DNA of 64,000 nt. Source: an uncultured cyanobacterium (lineage in GTDB: Bacteria > Cyanobacteriota > Cyanobacteriia > Cyanobacteriales > Nostocaceae). A program made the position numbers and the translations under genes. Of the stretch, positions 1-9,043 are shown piece by piece; positions within the stretch are counted from its first letter, which is position 1, and the number at the start of each line of letters is the position of its first letter. The stretch lies in the NCBI GenBank assembly GCA_963740315.1, contig CAVUDP010000002.1:352001-416000 (forward strand), given 5' to 3'. Under the pieces are notes generated by a model. The model saw nothing but the letters and a program-made list of their open reading frames with translations. It did not search any database and was not told where the DNA came from.

Positions 1-441
1 ATATTTATGAATCTGGGAATAGTCTATATCCTTACTGCGTCTTACTTTATTTTGAATTGAGTTGATAGTAAGCTCATCATAGGCTTCTAGAACTCGTTCA
101 ATCATCTTAATTTTGCTATAAAGTACGCAAGATTCTCCTTCTTCAGTCTGTATACTTATACCACCTGAAGAAAGAGTAGTTTGATCTTGTGCTTGCTGAT
201 ATTCAGGTTTGTTTATTTGAAATCTATTAGTACATACATTATCACGTTCAAACTTGCGGAAAGTGCGATACATTTTAAAAAATAAATCTCGCACTTTATC
301 AAAATCTTCCTCTGGAAAATTTTCAAATCCGTTAGGTAGGCAAAACTCAAAACCATTTTCATGTTGAGATTGTCTGATACCTACAAAATTGTCATGAGGT
401 TCTCTAATCTTTACCAAATGCAGTTGAGAAAAATTAAACAT
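1..441 (-). CDS. McrC/LlaJI-family restriction endonuclease subunit, partial (runs off the left edge)
   Basis: Not in the ORF track. ATG at 441 opens a frame to base 1: MFNFSQLHLVKIREPHDNFVGIRQ...FEFCLPNGF...RSKDIDYSQIHKY. It lies 49 bp downstream of an McrB-like gene; the N-terminal FVG...LP.G pattern resembles LlaJI/McrC-type partners. Confidence 0.6.
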   Translation of the reverse strand, partial: MFNFSQLHLVKIREPHDNFVGIRQSQHENGFEFCLPNGFENFPEEDFDKVRDLFFKMYRTFRKFERDNVCTNRFQINKPEYQQAQDQTTLSSGGISIQTEEGESCVLYSKIKMIERVLEAYDELTINSIQNKVRRSKDIDYSQIHKY

Positions 442-490
442 GAAATACCGACGAAATAAATAATTATATTGACAAATATTCTTTATTATT

Positions 491-1540
491 TTAAGTCAAA
501 TCATGATGATTTAGGTTTAGCATTTTACTAATAAAATCATTATGCAATGTCGTGAAGTCGCCAAATGTAACAAGCTGTTCTGGCTCTACACCTAATAGTT
601 CTCTAAGAGGTTTTTTATCTCGATTAAAAACGCTATCCCAAAGAAAGAACATTAGCTTATTTTGTATTTTATTAGTAGTAATAGGGTCTTTGATAAAATA
701 GTAACCAATTTGCTTATCTTCTATTCCTCGAATAGAGGCATGATGATTTTTTATGAAAGTGTTTAAGTTTTTAATTAATTTTTGCCAATCTTGTTGAGTT
801 AACTTTGGTCCATAGTTCGCAGTAGGAAGCTCTCTATTATCCCAATCAACAAATTCCCAATCCCAACGACGTTTGAAAGCACTATCCATAAAATAAATGG
901 AGTTATCGGAAGTGTTCATGGTGCCAAGGATAGATAGATTGGGAGGAAGTTTAATAATTCTATTTACTAAATCAATATTTAAAAAAAGGATTTTTCTTTG
1001 TAATGTTTCAAGCTTCGCAACACCATCATGAGGAGATAATCTATAATCGTTTATATTTCCTTGAGCATCATATCCAAATTTCGTTCCAATCAATTCCAAC
1101 AACTTGTGAAATTCAATAGGAGTTAGATTAATTCCATAGCTAGACCATCCATCTTCTTCTCTGTCTAGTAGTTGAAATACTGTTCCAAATATAGCTGATG
1201 TGTTACCACGATTAATCTCATCGATTACTAAGGCAATATTGTCTGGTTCAGATATTTGATTTCCTTCTCTATTGTAAGCTTTATAAATATTTTCGTATGC
1301 TCTAGCCAAAGCTACTAAAAAGTGTCCTTCGTAGTAGTTGTACTCTACCTTTCCTCCTCTTGTAAGTGGTACTAGTTTTCCCATAAAATCACCGTAGGTA
1401 TATTCTGGATGGAAAACTGTACTAATAATATTTTTTGCTTCCGATATCTTTAAATCGTTTTTGACAATTTCGTTATGAACTCGATGACTTTTTCCGGTTC
1501 CAGGGCTTCCAAAGAGAATTTGTTGAATAGGGCTTTTCAT
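491..1540 (-). CDS. McrB-family AAA+ GTPase (restriction motor subunit)
   Basis: Walker A GSPGTGKS, FHPEYTYGDF, Walker B IDEINRGN, McrB-type MNTSD...D.AFKRRW. Confidence 0.85.
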   Translation of the reverse strand: MKSPIQQILFGSPGTGKSHRVHNEIVKNDLKISEAKNIISTVFHPEYTYGDFMGKLVPLTRGGKVEYNYYEGHFLVALARAYENIYKAYNREGNQISEPDNIALVIDEINRGNTSAIFGTVFQLLDREEDGWSSYGINLTPIEFHKLLELIGTKFGYDAQGNINDYRLSPHDGVAKLETLQRKILFLNIDLVNRIIKLPPNLSILGTMNTSDNSIYFMDSAFKRRWDWEFVDWDNRELPTANYGPKLTQQDWQKLIKNLNTFIKNHHASIRGIEDKQIGYYFIKDPITTNKIQNKLMFFLWDSVFNRDKKPLRELLGVEPEQLVTFGDFTTLHNDFISKMLNLNHHDLT

Positions 1541-1909
1541 GGCTGATTACGTTCTGTAAAGATGCAATGACAAAGTAGAAAACGGCAAACGGGCTTTTTT
1601 AGCTTACTTTTCCTCTGTTACTAATAGTGACAACAGTATAAAAAACCTTGCTTTTATCGAATATAGGAAAGGTCAGACTATTGCACCACATTTGGTATAA
1701 ATTTCTATTTATAATATTCCCTGAAAGATCGCAAAACTAACATTAGCAGGCAAATTGGTTGTGTTGTTGGTATATCATGCTACTATTTTCTTTTAAGTAA
1801 GCATTTCAGTGGATTAGTTTCTTATTAATCATTAAAAAGCACAAAGACAGCAAAATTTTCTTAGCACTTTAGTGTCTTTGCGCTATATGATTATTATTTA
1901 GTTAAGAAC

Positions 1910-2728
1910 TCAAACCTTCGCTATTTCACCCGCAGCAACATCTACATTCAACCGCTTCAACATTGCTTCGCGCCCTTGCATCGCTAAGGTATCATCCAAG
2001 GGTGTCAAAGAAACGGGTTCTTGATATTTGTTTCGCAAGGCTGTTTGAATTAACCAATCGGCGACAACGGGGTTTTTGGGTAATAATGGCCCGTGAGAAT
2101 AAGTTGCGATCGCATTCTGATAAAACGCTCCTTCTGTGCCATCTTCACCGTTATTTCCCAAGCCGTAAACTACTTTACCCAAGGCTTCGACTTTTCCTAA
2201 TTTAGTACGTCCGCCGTGATTTTCAAAGCCGACTAAATAAGGTGTAGCGCCACCCAACATTTCTTTTAAATCTTTGGCTAATTTAGAAGCGGTAACTTCT
2301 ATTACCAAATTACCGATGCAGCGGCGGGTATTTTCACCGGGATGCACGGAGACTAAATCCAAGATTCCCAAACCTTCGATTCTTTGTCCCAAACCGGGTT
2401 CGTAATAATGTCCCAACAGTTGTGGGGAACCGCAGGTAAACACGCCGGGGGTACCATTATCAAGTTTTTCACGCATGGCATCAGCTTTCGCACCTTTCAA
2501 ATCGCGCATCACGATTTCCTGCTGTCTATCCTGTGCCCCACCACCAACGATAATATCTACAGATTTAATATCATCGGCGGTAGAATTTTGGTCTAAAGGA
2601 ACAACTTTAACGTCATATCCGCGCCATTGAGTACGACGTTCGATAACGATGACATTACCCCTGTCTCCATAAGTACTCATCAAAGTTGGGTAAAGCCAGC
2701 CTATAGTTAATTCAATTTGGTTATTCAT
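1910..2728 (-). CDS. gatD: CobQ-like glutamine amidotransferase (lipid II amidation, GatD)
   Basis: LYP..MSTYGDRGN, GGGAQD, GFENHGG, YSHGPLLPKN; downstream of murT. Start moved to ATG 2728 because the upstream extension is repeat-derived. Confidence 0.88.
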   Translation of the reverse strand: MNNQIELTIGWLYPTLMSTYGDRGNVIVIERRTQWRGYDVKVVPLDQNSTADDIKSVDIIVGGGAQDRQQEIVMRDLKGAKADAMREKLDNGTPGVFTCGSPQLLGHYYEPGLGQRIEGLGILDLVSVHPGENTRRCIGNLVIEVTASKLAKDLKEMLGGATPYLVGFENHGGRTKLGKVEALGKVVYGLGNNGEDGTEGAFYQNAIATYSHGPLLPKNPVVADWLIQTALRNKYQEPVSLTPLDDTLAMQGREAMLKRLNVDVAAGEIAKV

Positions 2729-2783
2729 AATAAAGGAAGTAGGGAATGATGGGGGAGAGGGGGAGAGGGGGAAGAGGGGGGAT

Positions 2784-2848
2784 GGGGAGTACTTCGACAA
2801 GTCTTACAGTGAGCTACGTCGAACTGCTCAGTAACCTTTGGGGAGATG
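2784..2848 (+). repeat. Dispersed SDR-like composite repeat, copy 1
   Basis: GGGGAGTACTTCGACAAGTCTTACAGTGAGCTACGTCGAACTGCTCAGTAACCTTTGGGGAGATG, also at 4460-4524 and inverted at 8904-8968. Confidence 0.9.
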
Positions 2849-3007
2849 GGGAGATGAGAGCAGAGGAGGCAGAGGATATTAATTAATTTTAAATTGCTTC
2901 CTCGGCTCCCTCGGCTCCCTCCGCTCCCTCCGCAATATCATCTCCTAACTCCTAACTCTTAACTCCTAACTGGTTACTGTTCACTGTTCACTGTTCACTG
3001 ATTTAAA

Positions 3008-4339
3008 TCACCGAATTTTCTTACCTGTCAATGCTTCCCTTACATCTAACATTGCCGTGTAAGTGGGTAAAATGTGTAAGGTTTCGTGTTCTGGGGTATG
3101 TTCTAATGCGGTTGTAATTGCTTTTCGTAAGTCTTCTTCGACAATCAACTTTAAATTGTTGTCAGGGGACTTTTGGCTGTAGCGCAGACGTAATGCCATA
3201 TCGTAAACGCGATCGCCACTTACAATTAAAGTACCTCCCCGCTGTACCAATTCTTCGGTGTCAACATCCCAAATCCAGGATACATCTTCGCCATCCTGTA
3301 CGCGATCGTTCAAAACCAGCAAAGTTGTTTTATTATTGCTTTCGGTAACTACGCGAATGGTTTCGTTGGTACCTACGGGGTTTTTTGATAGCAGAATCCG
3401 GACTTTTTTACCATTAATATTTAATTCTTCCGCACGCCCAAAAGCTGGTTTAAATTTCGGAATAGAAGAACGAATATTAGCTTCGTCAATTCCTAATTCT
3501 TTGGCGGCAGTGGCAGCGGCTAAGGTATTGTATTTGTTATAAAGTCCTACCAGAACTTGTTCCCATTCGCGACTTTTTAAATCGGGTTGGCTTTTAGCAA
3601 AACCGCAAGCTGGACAAGTGTAATCTCCCAAATGCGATAGATAAACCCCTTCGTAATCCAAAGAATGCCCGCAATTAGGACAGTAAATCGAATCAACTGC
3701 GTGAGGAATCGCTTCTAAATACTTTTCTGGTTCGGTTAAACCAAAAAATACGACTTTTTGAGATAATTGTTGACCCAAATAAGATAAAGTCGGATCGTCA
3801 GCATTGGGAATAACCACCGTATCTGGTGCAAGAGTAGAAATTGCTTTCGTCCACCGCTTGCTAATAGAGTCTACCTCACCATATCGATCCAATTGGTCGC
3901 GAAATAAATTTAGACAAAGAATAATATGCGGTTGAATCGGTTGCAATACTTTCGCAACAATATTTTCATCAACTTCCAAAATGGCGTAATCTACATTTAA
4001 ATTACCAATCAAATTGGTACTTTCCATCAACGCAGTTACCAAACCATTTTCCAGATTAGCGCCAGTAGAATTAAGAGCAACGCGGTACCCCTGTTCCTCC
4101 AACATCGTGCGTAACAGCAAAGATGTGGTAGTTTTACCATTAGTACCAGCAATTAAAATAATGCCCTTTTTAACTTGCTGACTCAAAGACTGCAAAAGCG
4201 CAGGATAAATACGTCGTGCGATCGAACCGGGTAAAACAGAAGCAGCACCCAAACGCAAATTACGTACACCAAAAGTCACGCTTTTTGCAGCAGACACAGC
4301 CAAACCAAGCCGTAATTTATCTATAAATTGAATTGCCAC
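3008..4339 (-). CDS. murT: MurT-like Mur ligase family protein (DUF1727)
   Basis: GTNGKTTT, LNLFRDQLDRYGE, CPNC/CPAC zinc finger, DVSWIWD. Confidence 0.9.
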   Translation of the reverse strand: MAIQFIDKLRLGLAVSAAKSVTFGVRNLRLGAASVLPGSIARRIYPALLQSLSQQVKKGIILIAGTNGKTTTSLLLRTMLEEQGYRVALNSTGANLENGLVTALMESTNLIGNLNVDYAILEVDENIVAKVLQPIQPHIILCLNLFRDQLDRYGEVDSISKRWTKAISTLAPDTVVIPNADDPTLSYLGQQLSQKVVFFGLTEPEKYLEAIPHAVDSIYCPNCGHSLDYEGVYLSHLGDYTCPACGFAKSQPDLKSREWEQVLVGLYNKYNTLAAATAAKELGIDEANIRSSIPKFKPAFGRAEELNINGKKVRILLSKNPVGTNETIRVVTESNNKTTLLVLNDRVQDGEDVSWIWDVDTEELVQRGGTLIVSGDRVYDMALRLRYSQKSPDNNLKLIVEEDLRKAITTALEHTPEHETLHILPTYTAMLDVREALTGKKIR

Positions 4340-4459
4340 AAACGTACCCTAATTTTAAAGATATAAGTTTCAAATTTAATAAGCGTGAGTTTAGCGAATC
4401 CCCGGAGAAAAAGCCAGTGTTAACGTCACAAATTAGGGAGATGGGGAGATGGGGGAGAT

Positions 4460-4625
4460 GGGGAGTACTTCGACAAGTCTTACAGTGAGCTACGTCGAAC
4501 TGCTCAGTAACCTTTGGGGAGATGGGGGGAAACTAAATAAAATTCTTAACTCTTAACTCTTAACTGCTAACTGCTAACTGCTAACTGCTAACTGCTAACT
4601 ATTCCCAATCCCCAATCCCCATTAC
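4460..4625 (+). repeat. SDR-like composite repeat copy 2 followed by heptamer STRR tracts
   Basis: Same 65-bp core as 2784-2848, then (ACTCTTA)n, (ACTGCTA)n and TCCCCAA-type units. Confidence 0.9.
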
Positions 4626-4705
4626 CCAATTTTCTATATATCCATCTTGAAAAGTTCATTTCAGCATAAACTAAAAACAAAATCTAGCTTAAAGGGTTGC
4701 TTTAG

Positions 4706-5287
4706 ATGACTAAATTAAAATCGTATATTTTACATATTTTCTCTTATGGTTGGCAGTGCCGCTCGTCTTTATTAATACTAAGTATCTGCATATTATTTAC
4801 CAGTATGCAACCAGCATTAGCAGCTGTTGATGATGACAGTTATGAAGGCAATATCTTTATGGTTTATGCTGGCAACGGCTCGATGGTTCCCGCACACGCG
4901 ACTTTAGCCCAAGCTCTGGCAGAGCATAAACCCACAATGTTAGCTTTCTATGTGGATGACAGCAGCGATTGCAAAAAGTACGCGATCGTTATTTCTCGCA
5001 TCCAGTCGTTTTACGGTAGCGTAGCAGAAATTATCGCCGTAGATGTAGATCGAATTCCACTTGAAGCGAATTCTCCTACAGAACCAAGTTATTACTATAA
5101 GGGTGCCGTTCCTCAAGTGGTAGTATTTAATCAAGCGGGAGATGTGATTTTAAACAAAAAAGGACAAGTCCCTTTTGAGGAAATAGACGATAAATTCCGA
5201 GAAGTGTTTGATTTATTACCGCGTTCTGAATCAGTAGAATTAAAGCGGCGTTCCTTTAATGAGTTCAGTAGTGAGTTAGCTGAATAA
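4706..5287 (+). CDS. Thioredoxin-fold thylakoid protein (photosystem I accumulation factor family)
   Basis: Signal-like N-terminus, YEGNIFMVYAGNGSMVP, FYVDDSSDCK, KRRSFNEF; resembles a conserved cyanobacterial family. Confidence 0.65.
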   Translation: MTKLKSYILHIFSYGWQCRSSLLILSICILFTSMQPALAAVDDDSYEGNIFMVYAGNGSMVPAHATLAQALAEHKPTMLAFYVDDSSDCKKYAIVISRIQSFYGSVAEIIAVDVDRIPLEANSPTEPSYYYKGAVPQVVVFNQAGDVILNKKGQVPFEEIDDKFREVFDLLPRSESVELKRRSFNEFSSELAE

Positions 5288-5291
5288 CATA

Positions 5292-5325
5292 AAGTGCCGA
5301 AAAATTTGTTCGGCACTTACTTTTT
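5292..5325 (+). terminator. Probable intrinsic terminator
   Basis: AAGTGCCGAA/TTCGGCACTT stem followed by ACTTTTT just after the stop codon. Confidence 0.6.
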
Positions 5326-5450
5326 AGTGATATCTAATACTGCAATCTTTGAAATGAAGGGATAATATCTAAAGGTCAGCTGTTAAGCATTTATAAATTA
5401 CTGCGTTGCCTGATGACCTATCAATGTAATAACTATTAGAGTGTATTCTG

Positions 5451-6059
5451 ATGTCAGAAGTTTACACTACCGAGGAACTAATCAAAATTTTAACAGATGA
5501 GCGCCAAGCTTGTCTGACGGGAAAACGTCTGAAGTTAGAGGTAAAGGTATCTGGTAATCCTGTTATCGATCAGTTTATCAAAACCGAAGGCTTGCAAAAG
5601 TTTACTGCCTATCAAGATTTTAAAGTCGCTATTCACGAATATCAAAGGGAGCATCAAGTTTCCGGTATTATGTGGCGAGAGGTAAATGTGAAAGGCGAAA
5701 GTTTACGTTACCCGGAAGTTGATGCACAGTTAATTGCACTACAAAACGACTTGAAAATATTAGAGTCTGCCAAAAGTTCAATTTTAGAATTTTGGTACAA
5801 AGTAACTGTCGGCATGGACTTTTATTTAAGCGTTAGTAACGGTAAACAGTATCAACAAATTAATATAGAAGATATTAAAAGAATAGACTATAGAACCCGA
5901 TGGGCTAGTCTATGGAAATGGGAAAATTCTAATTTTTTAGAAATCATTTTGCAGTTGGGATGGGGAAAACCAGAAGAAGCTTGTTATAAACGAGGATTTC
6001 CTGCATCTGGTAGCGAATTTATTCATGCAGTGAATCCAGGTAAGCAACCAATTGGATGA
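5451..6059 (+). CDS. Hypothetical protein
   Basis: 202-aa ATG ORF with normal composition; no motif recognised. Confidence 0.7.
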   Translation: MSEVYTTEELIKILTDERQACLTGKRLKLEVKVSGNPVIDQFIKTEGLQKFTAYQDFKVAIHEYQREHQVSGIMWREVNVKGESLRYPEVDAQLIALQNDLKILESAKSSILEFWYKVTVGMDFYLSVSNGKQYQQINIEDIKRIDYRTRWASLWKWENSNFLEIILQLGWGKPEEACYKRGFPASGSEFIHAVNPGKQPIG

Positions 6060-6076
6060 TATGTTAATTTAGACAA

Positions 6077-6136
6077 GTTTGTAGTAAGGGCATTGGTTCC
6101 CTCTCATATAAGGGAACTAAAGCCCTTACTACGAAC
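6077..6136. repeat. GTAG-type REP-like inverted doublet
   Basis: GTTTGTAGTAAGGGC...GCCCTTACTACGAAC; related copies at 11316, 18594, 24548, 54028 and 60735-60965. Confidence 0.85.
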
Positions 6137-6169
6137 CTTTATAGAAATAGTTAATTTTTAATATACATA

Positions 6170-7465
6170 ATGGTTGAGTCAATTTTGTGGCGGCTGTTTA
6201 TTGCATTGTTGATACTCAGCTTAGTTATTCTGATCGGTTTTTATTTTCGGGGAGCCTTTCGCGATCGCGTAAAATATCGAGTTAAAAATGCGCTCAAACC
6301 CGACGAACCAGAATTTCCCTTTGTCTTAGCTAGTACCACCAATTCTTTTATGAGTACTGGCGTAGTCACCAATTTCTGGAATCAAGCTGCCGACATTCAA
6401 CAAGCTCGTTTAGATGCGATCGGTAAGGCACAGCATACGATTGACTTTGAAACATTCTTTATGACTCCCGGTAAGAGAGCCGATGATTTTGCGATCGCGC
6501 TTGCCGAAAGAGCCGGAGCGGGTGTTGAAGTACGCTTGATTGTCGATCGATATGGCACAAAAAAGTTATCCAAACAATATTGGCAGCGTTTGCGAGCAAC
6601 GGGGGTAAAAATATCTTTTTTTAATGCCTTTAATTGGAAAGCTCCTTTAGATTATGCCGGTCGCACTCACCGCAAGCTATTATTAATCGATAGTAAATTT
6701 GGTTTAGTAGGTGGTGCGGGTATTTCCGATATGTGGGATGGTACCCAAAAAGATGATGATACGCAGCCTTGGTTAGATGTAGAAATGCGTCTAGAAGGAG
6801 AAATTATTAGGATTTTAACAGGGGTATTTTCGCAACACTGGACTTTTGATGACTGTACGGCAGATTTCGCTAGAGAAAAATTTCAACCTGCTGACGATAA
6901 AGATAATAAGCATTTAATGTTGGTAATACCGGGAGCAAACCCCAGAATCCGTTTTTCACCGATTCAAAATTTTAAATACAACAGTATTATTTGTGCCAGA
7001 AAACGAATTTGGTTGGCTAGCCCTTATTTTTTACCCGACGAAAACTCGATCGATTTATTAGTAGAAGCAAAACAAAAAGGGGTAGACGTTCGCATTCTTA
7101 CCACCAGCAAACGCAGTGATAAAAAGCCCGTTCACTATGCTTCCTTCGAGCATTACGGGAAGTTACTTGAAGGTGGTGTGGAAATTTTTGAGTTTCAGCC
7201 CAGCATGACTCACGCAAAATTGCTGTTAATTGACGATCTGTGGGCAACAACGGGTAGTGCTAATTTTGACCCCCGCAGCTTTTGTCATAACGAAGAATTA
7301 GATATTTGTAGCGCCCAACCTGAGTTAGTAAAGGGAATTAAAGATACTTTTGAAAAAGGTTTTGCTCAAAGCAAGCGTATTACTTTTGACGATTGGAAAA
7401 AGCGTTCTTTAATTAAACATAGAATATTAGGTAATATAGTTGATTTCTTTCAGTGGCAGTTGTGA
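6170..7465 (+). CDS. Phospholipase D family protein (cardiolipin synthase-like)
   Basis: Two HKD motifs (HRKLLLID, HAKLLLID...GSANFD), SPYFLP, N-terminal TM helix. Confidence 0.88.
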   Translation: MVESILWRLFIALLILSLVILIGFYFRGAFRDRVKYRVKNALKPDEPEFPFVLASTTNSFMSTGVVTNFWNQAADIQQARLDAIGKAQHTIDFETFFMTPGKRADDFAIALAERAGAGVEVRLIVDRYGTKKLSKQYWQRLRATGVKISFFNAFNWKAPLDYAGRTHRKLLLIDSKFGLVGGAGISDMWDGTQKDDDTQPWLDVEMRLEGEIIRILTGVFSQHWTFDDCTADFAREKFQPADDKDNKHLMLVIPGANPRIRFSPIQNFKYNSIICARKRIWLASPYFLPDENSIDLLVEAKQKGVDVRILTTSKRSDKKPVHYASFEHYGKLLEGGVEIFEFQPSMTHAKLLLIDDLWATTGSANFDPRSFCHNEELDICSAQPELVKGIKDTFEKGFAQSKRITFDDWKKRSLIKHRILGNIVDFFQWQL

Positions 7466-7596
7466 GTTTGTAGGGTACGTTAGGCATTTTTAAAATCTTA
7501 TTTGAGGTTATACGTTAATTAATGCCGTAACGCACCATTGAATATTGCGATACTTAATAAAAATAAAAAAATAATCTTTATATTAAGTCAATCTTC

Positions 7597-7667
7597 AGAA
7601 GTCGGGTTTTTAGAATAAGTATCTGTAACAGATTTACAAATTTTATAAAAACCCGACTTCTCAACTG
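7597..7667. repeat. Small inverted-repeat element between convergent genes
   Basis: AGAAGTCGGGTTTTTA (7597) / TAAAAACCCGACTTCT (7646); relative at 14102-14232. Confidence 0.75.
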
Positions 7668-7670
7668 AAG

Positions 7671-8705
7671 TTAAGAAAGTTTAGAAAGTATTAAAGCAAA
7701 CCATTTATTTTCATCAGTCCACACCTTTTGTGTAACTAAACCTTTAGTTTGAAGTAACTGTTGAATACCATCAACATCGAATTTACGAGAAATTTCGGTA
7801 TGAATGGTTTCGCCGAGTTCAAAGTTAAGTTTGAGGTTGAGGTCGTTTAATTCTGCGGTTTGAGATTCCAACGATCGCAAATAGGTTTCTATTTGATGTT
7901 TTGTCTCATTGTAAAATGTCCAATGCTCAAACTTGGTTCGGTCAAAGTTACCGTCAAAACGGCTATTTAAATGGTCTAAAACATTAAGATTAAAATCAGC
8001 AGTTACTCCGGCAGAATCATTGTAAGCAGCTTCTAAAATATCCTTTGGCTTTTGCAAATCTATCCCTAACAAAAAATACTCTCCCGACTGTAAAGCAGCG
8101 GTAATTTGAGATAGAAAATCGTCGCATTCTTGAGGATTCAAATTACCTAAAGTACTACCGATAAAGCCGATGGTGCGACTGGGTAATTCACTTGGCTGCA
8201 ATTGTGCTAACGCTTGTTCGTAGGTTCCCGCTAATGCATGAACTTGCAATGAGGGATAATCTACCAACAGTTGTCGAGCGCTTGCTTCTAAAATACCCGC
8301 ACTCACATCAACTGGTAGATAATGCAAAGCATAACCGAGCTTTTGGTAAGCATCTAATAAGATACGAGTCTTTGTTGAACTACCGCTACCAAGTTCTATT
8401 AATTCGCAAGCGCCAGTTATTTGAGCTATTTCTTCAGCACAGTTTTGTAAAATCGAAGTCTCAGTTCTAGTTACATAATATTCCGGTAATTCGCAAATTT
8501 CTTCAAATAACTCAGAACCGCGATCGTCATATAAATAACGTGGAGATAAAGATTTATGAGTCTGAGTTAATCCTTCAACTACATCGCTTCCATCAGAAGA
8601 GGAAAGTTGTGCGGTTGCTTGTTGCAAGTTTTGTACTTTCAAGCGACTTTCAACACTGTAACAGTCGTCAACCCTGCTGCTGGTAGCTTTGGAAAATGTC
8701 GTCAT
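7671..8705 (-). CDS. egtD: L-histidine N-alpha-methyltransferase EgtD
   Basis: YLYDDRGSELFEEICELPEYYVTRTE, ELGSGSSTKT, GSTLGN, AAYND..GVTA.FN.N, IHTEISRKF; start taken at ATG 8705. Confidence 0.93.
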   Translation of the reverse strand: MTTFSKATSSRVDDCYSVESRLKVQNLQQATAQLSSSDGSDVVEGLTQTHKSLSPRYLYDDRGSELFEEICELPEYYVTRTETSILQNCAEEIAQITGACELIELGSGSSTKTRILLDAYQKLGYALHYLPVDVSAGILEASARQLLVDYPSLQVHALAGTYEQALAQLQPSELPSRTIGFIGSTLGNLNPQECDDFLSQITAALQSGEYFLLGIDLQKPKDILEAAYNDSAGVTADFNLNVLDHLNSRFDGNFDRTKFEHWTFYNETKHQIETYLRSLESQTAELNDLNLKLNFELGETIHTEISRKFDVDGIQQLLQTKGLVTQKVWTDENKWFALILSKLS

Positions 8706-8769
8706 TAAGCCTCCGATTGTTTGGTCTGAGAGGTTGCTTTTTTGCAAACCTCAAACCAAATCTAGATTA

Positions 8770-9040
8770 TCAGTAATCAGTAACCAGTAACCAGTAACCA
8801 GTTAGCAGTTACCAGTTACCAGTTAGCAGTTACCAGTTAGGAGTAGTGCGTTAGCGCAGCGTGTCCGCCAGGACATGCATCTTGCTCGCTATTTGACTAC
8901 CCTCATCTCCCCAAAGGTTACTGAGCAGTTCGACGTAGCTCACTGTAAGACTTGTCGAAGTACTCCCCATCTCCCCCGAACCCCATCCCCCTCTTCCCCC
9001 TCTTCCCCCTCTCCCCCCTCTTCCCCATCCCCCCATCCCT
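8770..9040. repeat. STRR tracts plus composite SDR-like element (inverted copy)
   Basis: (ACCAGTA/GTTACCA)n, then AGTAGTGCGTTAGCGCAGCGTGTCCGCCAGGACATGCATCTTGCTCGCT (also at 38860), the inverted 65-bp core and C-rich tracts. Confidence 0.85.
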
Positions 9041-9043
9041 TCC

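Noticed and set aside
2729..2800. Pro/Ser-rich N-terminal extension of GatD
   Set aside because: Derived from the G-rich repeat; ATG 2728 gives the normal N-terminus
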